From NCBI RefSeq assembly GCF_038025025.1, contig NW_027117352.1, positions 558,001 through 622,000 on the forward strand: DNA of 64,000 bases. The letters are read 5' to 3'. This DNA is from Phyllosticta citribraziliensis. Lineage: Eukaryota. The position numbers and the translations under genes were made by a program. The notes under the pieces were generated by a model that saw only the letters and a program-made list of their open reading frames with translations, made no database searches and was not told the DNA's origin. Shown here in pieces: positions 24,802 through 35,148 of the stretch (the stretch's first letter is position 1; each line of letters starts with the position of its first letter).

Positions 24802-26175
24802 TCACCAGTACACCAGCAACCCCCTCCCCCCCTCTCCACCAACCCACCGCACGCCCAAGCGCCTCCCCATGTCCGTCGGCTGGCTAAAAGCAACCCTATC
24901 TCTCGGCACGGGCGGCGCGCCGTAGCCGTACACGAAGCAGCGGGCGGCGGCGTCGAGCAGGGCGCTGCCGACGCCGGCGCGGCGGTGGGAGGACGACGTC
25001 CAGATGCGCGAGATGCCGAGGTGTGTGGGGACTTGTGGGGAGGGGGAAGGAAGGGTGGTAGAGGCAGGGGTTGGGTGTGATAGGGGAGGAGGGATGGTCG
25101 GTTGGGATGGTATTTGGGTGGTAGTGCTGGGCTTGACGTCGTCGTCGTCATGATGGTAGTGATATTGGGCAGAGGAGATGCGTTCGGCCAGGCAGAGGCC
25201 GATGCATTTGGTCCCGCGGACGTAGAGGAACGCTTTGTAGCGGTCGGCCATGGCAGTCGTCGACGTCGTAGTGACGGGAGAAGGCTCTGGGCTTCTGGAG
25301 TCGCTGGTCGCCTTTGCATCGACACGTTCATGCGCAGTTGCACTCTCCTTCTGCCGCTCCTCCACTGCGCATGCGGACGCTGGCGCGGCAGGTTTAGCTG
25401 TTGGTATTGGCGCCGGTGCGGCCTCGACCTCTACCTGCGACCACAGCTCGGCCTCCGCAATCTCAACGGCGCCCAGCTCCGCCCGCACGACCTCCATGAC
25501 GCGCGCGACTCGATTCCTGGCCGCCGCGCCGTCTCGCCGGCTCACGACGACGACGCAATCGCCGTCCGGGCCCTCCCACACGCGCTGGGCCGCCGTCAGG
25601 CCCCGCACGAAGCCGCGCCCCAGCTCGACGCCGCCTACGTTTTGCGCGTGGAAGGCCTTGTGCAGCGCTGCGTCTTCGCTGTTGGACGGCACGTACGCCA
25701 TGCCGCATGTCGGGCACGTCTTTTGGACGGGGGCCGTGCCGAGATCCAGTTGGAGCTGTGTCAGGCGCGTTTGTTTCCTGGCCGTCCCGCTGGTTTTGCG
25801 GCGCGTGGCAACGTCATTGGCGGAGCGCGGTTGCAGTGGTGCTGCTGCGGACTTTTTTGTCGTGCTGTCGGCGGTTTTGGCATGTTTGCGGGCGAGGAAG
25901 GAAAAGACGGGGCGGCGCTTGAGGAGGATCGGGGAGGGCGAGGTCCGTGGAGGGGCGGGAGGTGACGATGGCGGTGTTGAAGATGGGAGCGCAAGCTCTG
26001 AGACTTCGTCGTAGCTTTGCGGCTGGAGCGGAGGACTGGACGGTTCGACGGGAGCGGGAGCCGCATTGTCGTTTGTGGAGGGCGCGTCGGGAGATGCAAC
26101 GCGCCGCCGCTTGGACGGTGGCTCGTATGTGGGTCGAGATGTCTTTCCCTGCCGCGAGTAGGTCTTGAGCGCCAT
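24802..26175 (-). CDS. ECO1: Cohesin N-acetyltransferase Eco1/Eso1
   Basis: QLQLDLG followed by a C2H2 finger (CPTCGMAYVPSNSEDAALHKAFH); CIGLCLAERI; LGISRIWTSSSHRRAGVGSALLD; VAFSQPTDMG. Confidence 0.92.
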   Translation of the reverse strand: MALKTYSRQGKTSRPTYEPPSKRRRVASPDAPSTNDNAAPAPVEPSSPPLQPQSYDEVSELALPSSTPPSSPPAPPRTSPSPILLKRRPVFSFLARKHAKTADSTTKKSAAAPLQPRSANDVATRRKTSGTARKQTRLTQLQLDLGTAPVQKTCPTCGMAYVPSNSEDAALHKAFHAQNVGGVELGRGFVRGLTAAQRVWEGPDGDCVVVVSRRDGAAARNRVARVMEVVRAELGAVEIAEAELWSQVEVEAAPAPIPTAKPAAPASACAVEERQKESATAHERVDAKATSDSRSPEPSPVTTTSTTAMADRYKAFLYVRGTKCIGLCLAERISSAQYHYHHDDDDVKPSTTTQIPSQPTIPPPLSHPTPASTTLPSPSPQVPTHLGISRIWTSSSHRRAGVGSALLDAAARCFVYGYGAPPVPRDRVAFSQPTDMGRRLGVRWVGGEGGRGLLVYW

Positions 26176-26252
26176 GTGTGAGCGCTCGGGGCGGATGGTG
26201 CGAGCAGATGGTGTTGAGGGTTGGAGGTGTAAGGATGAGTGAGGTGCGGAAG

Positions 26253-26281
26253 ACGCGCTCGCACGCGTTCTGGCGACGCGT
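26253..26281. promoter_or_regulatory. MCB (MluI cell-cycle box) cluster upstream of ECO1
   Basis: ACGCGT at 26263-26268 and 26276-26281 and ACGCG at 26253-26257, about 80-105 bp upstream of the ECO1 ATG. Confidence 0.65.
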
Positions 26282-26627
26282 CGACGAGCAAGGTTCCGTT
26301 GCCCTTGGTTGCTTGCTGAGTCAGCCCGTACCGACATCAACCCCCCCCCCCCGACTTGACTTGACTGTGACTGCCAAGGAAACCATCACATGCACTTCGA
26401 CATCAAGGCAAAGACGCCCTGGATGGGCTCCTTCCGTCCCAAAATGCTTTCAACCACGCAGAATGGCCTCTCACCTGTGGCAGAATCGGCACTGCCATTG
26501 GAAATACCACCTCCTGCGCCGTCCCTCACTATCAAGCCAACACTTTCCGAGCAATTCTTCAACGTGCTTCATTCAAATGCTATCGAACAGTTTCAATTAT
26601 TGCTGACCTTTGGTCTTACACGATATC

Positions 26628-29147
26628 ATGGGGTCGCCCTTCATGCAAGACTCGCCAAGCGACTTCTTGGATCCTACCGACAACCCTGACGCACAGAACG
26701 GTACTACTACGAATGCCCATGCAGCAAACGGTCATGTTGCTCCGCGCGGCAGAAATTCGCCATGGCGCCATCTTGAAGACCCTCACACTGGTTTACCAGA
26801 AAGTGGCGATTTCTTCGAGTGGATCAATCTTATAGCGTACGCCGAGTCTTTGGGCAGCTCTCCGGCAAAGGGCAATCAAAGCGCATCCGCCCGTTCTCAA
26901 GAACTCGACAATACCCTGCCCAACAGCAGCCATGCAGAAAACGTTGATGATGAGCAGTGGGACGCCTTTATGAACTTTGAATTCTCCAGTCCTACAGGGG
27001 CCGGCAATACCCCACCCCACGCCGTTGATGCAAGATACCGCTATGACTCTGTGCAGAGCAATATCGAGGAACCCGCAAGTCCTCGCGAAGGCGTTGATAT
27101 AGCAGACGGTCATGATTCTGAGCGGAGTAAAATCCTAGCAAGCGCTAATGGTCCGGCAGACAGCGATGCTCAAGCAATCATGACAGATGCAGCACGGCGG
27201 AATCTTCTGGCAGCGAAATTCGACTTTGTGGACAACTTCGACGATGCGGAATGGAGAGATTTCATGGAGGTGGCAACCGTTGATTGGTCCGAGCTTGACG
27301 AGGTTCCAGCGGATGGCAATGCTCAAACGAACGGCAATACTGAATCGAACGATCACAATCCTATGACCAACGGCGATCTTCCGACAGATGGTACTGTCCT
27401 GGCAAATGGGGACAACCTGCAACAAGACGACGAAGCTCTTGCAGAGAGGAGTCTTTCAGCAGAGTGGAACAGACTTCTGGCAGATTATGACGCTCTGGAA
27501 AACCCGCATCTTACTGGAAACGACAGCCCTCTGGGCGGTGGCAGTGTCCCAGGAAATGGGGGCGATACTGTTGTAAATGGAGACCAGGTCATGACGGATG
27601 ACATCTTTGCAGAAAACCCACATTTTTCTGTAAACAACAATCCGCTGGAAGTTGTTACTCATCCGGTAAACGGGACCAATACTATGGCAAATGGAGACCA
27701 TCTGGACGACAACAGTCCAGCACATCTGTACTTGCCTGAAACCAACAGCTTTCTGAGAGGTGGCTCTTCGGGAAACGGGGAAGATGCTGTTTTACACGGA
27801 AACTATCTCATGGCAGATGACAGCGTTCTGGCAAACCTGTACTTCCCTGAAACCGACAGCTTTCCGGGAGGTGGCACTGTTCCAGGAACCGGGGAAGATA
27901 CTTTTTTTAACGGAAACCATCTCATGGTAGACGCCAATGATCTGACAAACCTACACTTGCCTGAAACCGACAACTTTCTGGGAGGTGGCTCTCCAGGAAA
28001 CGGGGAAGATGCTGTTTTACACGGCGACCATCTTATGGCAGATGCAAACTTGACAAACGGGGTCCACCTTCAGACAGCAGATGAAAACGTTTCCGCCAAT
28101 GGCATTCTCGAAAACACCCATGTTTCAGCATACGATTTTGACGCAACGGATGGCTTTTTCAGTCCGATGAACACCCCGAGTCCGACAAACGGCACGAATG
28201 ACAATAGCCGAGTAAACGGTAGTTCTCCAGCCGTCAGTCCTCATCGAGATACCAGTCCTCATCCAGCAGAAAGTCCTGTTCCTGCCAGCAGTCTTCATCC
28301 AGCCGATAGCCCCCTTCCAGTCGGCAACTCTGACTCCACGGAAAGTCTTTTTTCGGGCGACAACACTCAGTCGGCTGACAGTCGTTACCAAAGTTATACC
28401 CCTGAGGCTGCTGTTCAAAAAAGTATAGAACAGTTGTGCGCCGAGGTCCCATTTCCAACTCCTACATATGCCGAGAGCCCAAAGTGCATCATCCGCCCGT
28501 ATCACATCCGAGACGCGACTGCACTCCAGCACCACGCCGACAATCCGCTTATAGCCAGAAACTTTTCCTACAGTTTCCCCCATCCGTACACAGACAACGA
28601 CGCCCAACGTTGGATTCTCAATCAGCCTCGGGTCATTACTCCTTTCACAGACGCCGAGATACCCCAGCTCAGAAACCATTCGGACGGATCTGTCGACGTG
28701 CTTTAGGGAAACACGCTCAACTTTGCGATTACCTCTTGCCAACAACACGAACGCAACGCGCTGCTTAGTGGGATCGGCGTCAAACCCGGGTACAACGTTA
28801 GGAACCGCAGCGCAAAGCTTTCCTTTTGGATCGCAGAGCCGTATTGGGGTCGCGGCATCGCAAAATCGGCCGTCGGCATATTCCTACGAGCGCTCTTTTC
28901 CAGGACTCTGGGTTTGAGCCGCGTCACGGCCTACACTCTGCGTCGAGAGACAGCTTCGGGCTGGCAGGGCAACTTCCCGGCTAGAAGGGTTTTGTGGAGG
29001 AATGGGTTCAAACGTGAAGGGTGCTTGATAAAGTCGGTCTTCAAGTTCGGGGAGTGGTGGGATCAGGAGGTTTGGGCCGTTTTGAGAGAGGATGTATTGC
29101 CTGAGCCGAACATGACAGGAGCCGTGTCCGGTGGTCCTGTCCACTGA
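26628..29147 (+). CDS. Long acidic Asn/Asp-rich repeat protein fused to a C-terminal RimJ/RimL-type GNAT acetyltransferase domain; one in-frame TAG at 28704-28706
   Basis: IIRPYHIRDATALQHHADNPLIARNFSYSFPHPYTDNDAQRWI precedes the TAG. The same frame continues LNFAI...GIGVKPG...AKLSFWIAEPYWGRGIA...NFPARRVLWRNGFKREG...KFGEWWD to TGA at 29145-29147. Confidence 0.75.
27501..28050 (+). repeat. Degenerate ~108-114-bp (36-38 aa) coding tandem repeat, about 5 copies
   Basis: Units begin near 27501, 27615, 27723, 27834 and 27948; consensus NL(Y/H)(L/F)PETD(S/N)F(L/P)GGGS-PGNGEDAVL(H/N)G(N/D)HLMAD. Confidence 0.85.
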
Positions 29148-29592
29148 GGTGGGGGCTGGATGCTTTCTCCTGTCTTTCGTTGTTGTTGGCGGCTATCTTT
29201 TGTGGCTTCGGGTTTGGAGACAGCTGACCATTCTTGGAGAGCAAGTCAACGAATCAGTTTTTGGCTCGGGCCTCTTGTGAGATCCAAAGTAGAAGTGGTC
29301 TGCAGGCCGTGGATTGAAAGTTCCTTTCCAAAACCTGCACGAGGTCATGACTGCTCCGCTTCGGATCAACCCCGACCAACTCACGCCACATTGGCAAAGA
29401 CATAGCCGTGTGGGAGTCTCGGGATCTCAAGTCAATTTTACATTGGTCAAGACATTGTTGAAATATTGACTCTGGCAGGACATCAGCACAGACAAATCTG
29501 GCGTATAAGAGCTGGCACTCTCTCATCATGCCACTCCACAATTCTACTCTCAAATCCTCATCAACCCATCACTACTCAACCAAATCAAGAAA

Positions 29593-32348
29593 ATGGCCGA
29601 CGACAGTGAGTTCCTGAATACCTCCCATGCCGTCCCCTTTTCTGACGCACACAACCAGGCATCGCAATCCCAAACACGCCCAAGTGGTGCACGCCAATGC
29701 TTGGCCCCATCGCGCAGGAGCACTTCATGGAACGGCGACTGGCCGACGCGCAACGCCGGCGCGCGACCTTCGAGGCGCAGAAGGCGCAGATCCTGTCGGC
29801 CATGGCGAAGGAGGCCAACGTCGGGCGGCAGATCAAGCTGCTGATCCACGGCCACCGCCGCCATGTCATCAGGTACAACACCGAGATCGAGTACACGCGC
29901 AACATCATCGACTTTCTCGAGCAGGCCAACGTCGACCAGTCCGTCTCGGCGTCCATTCTGGTGCAGTGGCGGAAGGATCTGTCGGATAATCTGGATATGC
30001 AGTCGGATAGGTATGCCTGCTCCAGCCTGTTTGGCGAGCTGGTTCGCGATTGGGTTCAGAAGTCGGACGACCCTGGCGAGCTGGGGTTGCAGCAGGATGT
30101 CCTCAGCCTGGAGGTTCCCGACAAGACTAAAAGCGGCATCAACGAGACGGAAGACAAGGACTTGCGTGACGAACGAAGCGTGCTGGAGAAGCTGCTGTTC
30201 ACCGCCATCCCCGTCGACAAGCCCGCCCTCTCCAATTACCTCCAACGCATCTTTGAAGGTGACGACAAGTACCAGATGGACGTCCTCCGCAAAGACGTGC
30301 GCAGATGGAGCTGCTCCATCGACTTCAGCGAGGCGACCATGGCCGAAGCTGTCAGCGGCGTCCTCCGCAGCGGCCTCTTCTCCGGCCACAAAATGGACCA
30401 GCTGTGCAGCCTGCAGGCCAGCAACGACTTTGCGCTGCAGATGCTCGACATTGTCAAGTCCGAGTACCGCAGTCTGGACGTCGTGGGCTGGGGAAAGGGG
30501 GTTCATGTGCGCCTGCGGAGGCAGCTCGACGGCCACTGCAAACTGTACATGGACGAGAATATTAGCCAGGCGTTGGTGTGGCAGTTTCTGGGGTCTAAGT
30601 TTGCGGTCGGTCTAAGAGAGGCGCTCAAGAAGCATGCGGATAGGAACTGGACCACGCCCGATGAGGCGATGCTGGATCGCGAGTCGATCGCCTTCCGCCG
30701 CGCGGATCAATTCGGGAGTGACTTTTTCCTGGGGAACCTGCCATCCAGCTCAGCGGTCGGCGCGCCGTACTACGGCGAGGATGACCTGGCTGCCGTCAAC
30801 AACGGAGGCAAGAACCTGATGCAGACCAAGCAGACGCTGCTCCGCATTCTCAATGCCGAGATGCTGCTCAACTTCAAGCTCTGCGACGAGTTCACGGTCT
30901 TGACGGTCAGCTTTGATCGGCTCAAAGCGACGCTCCCCCACGATACAGTCTTCGCTGTGCTGGAGTTCTTGAAGGTGCCGTACAAGTGGACTTCGTTCAT
31001 CAAGACGTTCCTCGAGGCGCCCCTGGTTCAGGGCGACGAGGGACCAGACGCGGAGGGACGTCCGCGACAGTGTGGTGTCCCTGAAGCTCACGGCCTGTCG
31101 GATGCTCTCTGTGAGGCTGTCTTGTACTGCCTCGATTACGCAGTCAACGTGGCGACGGGGGGGACGAATCTCTACAGGTGCCGCGACGGCGCGTGGATTT
31201 GGGGTCAAGAAAGCACCGTCGTGGAAGCGTGGAAAGCCATCCAGGAGTTTGCGTCGGTCATGGGCCTGAAGTTGGACATGGAAAGGACTGCCGCAACCAA
31301 AGTCCTGTCTCCCAGGACCAAAGGCCCTTCTCGCCTGGACCCATCACTGCCCAAGGGCCAAGTGAAATGGGGCCTGCTCGTCCTTGACGCCGCAGAAAAG
31401 CGCTGGACGATCAACGACGCCGCCGTCACCAAACACATCGAGCACGTCAGCCGCCAACTCGCCGCCTGCCGCAGCGTCCTCTCCTGGGCGCAAGTATGGA
31501 ACCAGAGCGTCGTCAACTTCTTCGGCCTGCACCTGGGCAAGCCCGAGAAGGCGCTGGGCCGCGAGCACATCACCAACGTGGTGCAGACGCTGGACCGCAT
31601 CCAGCACGCGCTGTTCGCCGCGACGGCGTCGACGTGCCTGGCGGACCACCTGCGCGCGCTCATCGCGGCGACGCTGGCCCTGCCGCCCCCCGGCGCCCGC
31701 CCCATCCCCGACGCCTTCTTCTTCTTCCCCAACGCCGTCGGCGGCCTCGAGCTGCGCAACCCCTTCATCGCGCCCTACGCCTACCGCGCCCAGCCGCCCG
31801 TCTTCAACGTCCCGTCGCTCGACGTCGCCTACGAGCAGGCCCGGGCCCAGTTCGACTGCGGCGAGCTGCTGCCGCATTTCCCAGCGCTGCAGGACCGCTC
31901 CGCCATGACGCCCGCCGATGTCGATGCTGGCTGGTCCCCGCGCCGTTGGACCTGGGGCCTCGCGCTCGACGTGCGCGACGCCGCCGCCGCGTTCGCGCTC
32001 GTCGCCGAGCGCAGCGCGGGGCCGCTCGCGCGCGCGTACAAGGAGCTCGTCGCCGACACGGCCATGGCGAGCATGCTGAGCTCGACCGAGGTGTGTCGGG
32101 CGTTGCGCGCGCTGGCCAAGGACGGCGGCAGCTCCTTGTCTTCGTCTGCTGCTGCGCGCGATTGGGGCGCGCCGGGCTTCGCGACCGAGTGGACGGCCAT
32201 GGATCCGTATTGGCGGTGGGTCGTGGCGCTGTATGCGCGCGAGGCGGTGCGGAGGTGTGGCGGGTTGCAGATGGCCGAGGGGGACCTGTTGGATATGCCC
32301 ATGATGGCGTATGTCAAGAGGGCGGAGATGGCGCGGTTGGTTGGTTGA
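29593..32348 (+). CDS. rvt: Cellular reverse-transcriptase-related (rvt-family) protein, ~900 aa, 2 exons, degenerate active site
   Basis: N-terminal coiled coil and NIIDFLEQANVDQSVS...W; RRQLDGHCKLYMDE; LPHDTVFAVLEFL; GVPEAHGLSD; LYRCRDGAWIWG; VKWGLLVLD; SVLSWAQVWN; IPDAFFFFPNAVGGLELRNPF; MDPYWRWV, all colinear with fungal rvt proteins as I recall them. A 13-nt first exon (29593-29605) and a canonical intron (29606-29658, GTGAGT...CTGAC...CAG) splice in frame into the 883-codon ORF. Confidence 0.85.
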
Positions 32349-35112
32349 TGAGGGTGGCTCACTGTCGACGGGATGCTCTTGAAGTTGTTGATCCTGCTCT
32401 GTGTTCAAGGTACTTTGTAGAGAGCACTAGACCATTCCCCCTTTCCAACCCCCCGGCTGTGTAGTTTTCTCTCGTCAGTCTTTTTTCAGAAATAATCAAC
32501 TCCTCTCCAACACCAGCTCCTCGTCTTGTGACTGATCACTGACTGACATGCATGTCCCATATTTTGCAATCCGCCAATACTCATCAAAAGAAAGAAGTAC
32601 CCGAGATCAAAGGCCATAACACGCCAAATTGATAACCAGACACTAAAGCTCTTTTCAATCTTTCCTTCAAACATCAAAAAGGGGCAGATTTAAGGGCAGG
32701 TCCTTCATCCACATCGCAGAGAGACGGAAGCGCACTGCGAGGAAAAGACACAAACCTTCACTTGGAAGCAGAAGCAAGGACAAAGACGAGAATCACTCAA
32801 CGACCAACGCAGCAGCCACATCCTGCGTTGGAGCTCCGTGACGCATGCAGCAAAATTTCTCGGCTATTTATTCAGTTGGCTCTACGCCGTCGTGCTTCGT
32901 TCGTTGGTTTGGTTGTTGGTTCGCCAATTCGCCAGTAGTGCCCTTAGGTCTGCAACTGCTTGACAGCGTTGACAGCTCTGACGGGCGGTCGCTTGGCCTT
33001 GACCTTTCACCGTGCATGAATAGAAGCAGAGCCAGAGGCAGAGTGTCGAATTATGACTTGCCGCGATGCGGACAGCCGCTTGCCCTCCTGCGCTGCCGCT
33101 GTCACTGTCACTGCACCCACCCTGCAGCCACTCGCAGCATGCTCGCATGCGTCGATGCGCTCGCTCATTGAAGGCTGCATGTACTGCAGTACAGTGCCGT
33201 GTGGCTGGCGAGTGTGGACGAGGTGGTGGTCGCATTGTCAAATAGCCGCAACTGAAGGCACAAACAGGAAGACGGTGGGCGCTCTGGGGGCCAGGGTGGA
33301 AAGTTCTTGGTTGGTGTCGGTCACCAGCATGGACTTGGACGTGTCGCTCGCGCTCGAAGCTGCTCGCCGCGGCTGAATGGGAGAATATCAGAAACCTCCC
33401 ACGCGGCTCATCACATCTCTTACCTTACCGTACCGTCCATCCTCATGAGTCCTCGCTCAACTGCCGTCTCGCCATTTTCTCATCCTCGAAATCTCCCAAA
33501 AGATGCGCAGACTGCAACGGGCAGCCAAGACGCCAGCCCGGCCCAGCGTGGCCTAGCCTTGATGAGTGACACAGCACAGCCGGTAGACCTGTCAATCGTT
33601 GCATAAGGATCGATGGCGGCTCATGTACGATGGACGCTGCATGATGCACCCCTCACTGCGGGCAGCGAGCATCGACCGTCGACGCTGTCCGATCAACGCA
33701 GGACCGTCTGCCTCGGTGGCTCGGCAGAGCATCGATGATGGACGCCGCACATACATCGGACAACGGCGGCTTGGTGGACCAGATGTTGAGTGCTGGGCGC
33801 ACATGGTCGTGGCGCCGTGGCCGACGAGTGTGCGAGAGACAAGCCAGAGGCTGGAGTCAGACCAAGGCGCGCCGTGCCTTGTTTGATGTGGGCGCACAGA
33901 GGGCAGCGAAAGTGCGCAGCGGCGGGGACATGAACGCCATAGCCGTGTGTAGATGGGCGCAAGGCTTGGCCTCTGTTTTGCAGCTTGGCCGCCGCGGGCA
34001 GCATCGCCGTCGCCACGGCACCCATGTGCAATTCTTCAACGACCAAGAGGGCCTGGCCGCCTCATGTCGTCGACGTTGCTCAACAGCAGCAGCACCGTCC
34101 TGATATTTCGCCTCAACTCTGGTTGTGAGTCGTTGGTCTGGCTCCGTGTAGCCAGCGACAAATTAAACAGAGGCTGCCGTGCCACGCTGATGCGAAACGA
34201 GACAAAACAGGCGGCGGCCGGCGCCACAGTGGCACAGGCGGCAGCGCAAATTCGCTCTCTCCTACCCGGCCTGGCGCTCTTGACGTGGTGCAGAGACGGC
34301 CGTTCGAAACTGGCCGCCGCGGCTGTCGGCATCGCGTCACCGCGACAAGCAACGAAAGAAGGAAAAGACCGAGAAAAAGAAAAAGCGAGAGACGGAGGGA
34401 GGAAACGAAAAGAAAAGGCTGCTGCTTCTGTGCGCACGCTGCTCCCAGCCTTCAGACTTACTTGCTTGCTTGCCTATCCAGCGACGAATCCCATCACAGC
34501 GTCGCATCGTTGAAAAGTCACTTTCCCACCACAGCCAAGGGGTGGAGAGCTGCCAATCGAACTGACGGGCCCTGCGTAACGACCGCCCAACCTGTCGGCC
34601 TCGCCGCCATCCGCCTCGCCACCTCAATCCGTCTCGTCATCGCCCATCCGTCGCCTCTGCGCTCCGCAGCCAGCCCCGAGCTAAAGCAAGGAGCGGGAGT
34701 AAATGACCCCGTGAGGTGAGGCAGTCTTGACCGCACGCGTATGGCGTGGGAGAGTGCAAACGCGGGAGGAACGCAATGCGAATGGCGCGAACGACGGCCA
34801 GCCCACCGACGAATAGACGTTTTCGACAGACGAGGAGGTGGTGGTGGTGGTGTGGAGCGAAGAAACGGAATGTAGTGACGTGGTGGTGGTAGGAGGAGGT
34901 CGACGCCTCAGCCGGCGCGGCGTGGCCGCAGCCAGGGCAAGCCCAGGCAGGATCCCTCCCTCTGATTTCTGGGACCGGAGCGAGAGCCGGGGTGCGAGTT
35001 TGAATCGACGACACGCCGTCATGGCCGTCCTCCCTCGTCCTCCCCATCCCCAATCACCGCAATAATCTTTTCTTTCCGCAGCGTTTTTCGAATTGCAGAG
35101 GTTGCAAAGTGC

Positions 35113-35148
35113 GCCTGCTGCTGCGCCTGCTGCTGCTGCTGCTGCTGC
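35113..35148. repeat. (CTG)n-rich microsatellite
   Basis: gcctgctgctgcgcctgctgctgctgctgctgctgc. Confidence 0.8.

Noticed and set aside
29593..32348. Retrotransposon or LINE interpretation of the RT-like ORF
   Set aside because: No gag, protease, RNase H, integrase or endonuclease motifs, no LTRs or poly(A) tail; it has a spliceosomal intron and rvt-type flanking domains.
32480..32592. C/D-box snoRNA-like layout on the - strand (TGATGA at 32586-32581, CTGA at 32489-32486, U/A terminal stem)
   Set aside because: Box C lacks the leading purine, C'/D' boxes are unclear, and I cannot match a guide sequence to rRNA; this may be chance in AT-rich sequence. A snoscan or Infernal run would settle it.
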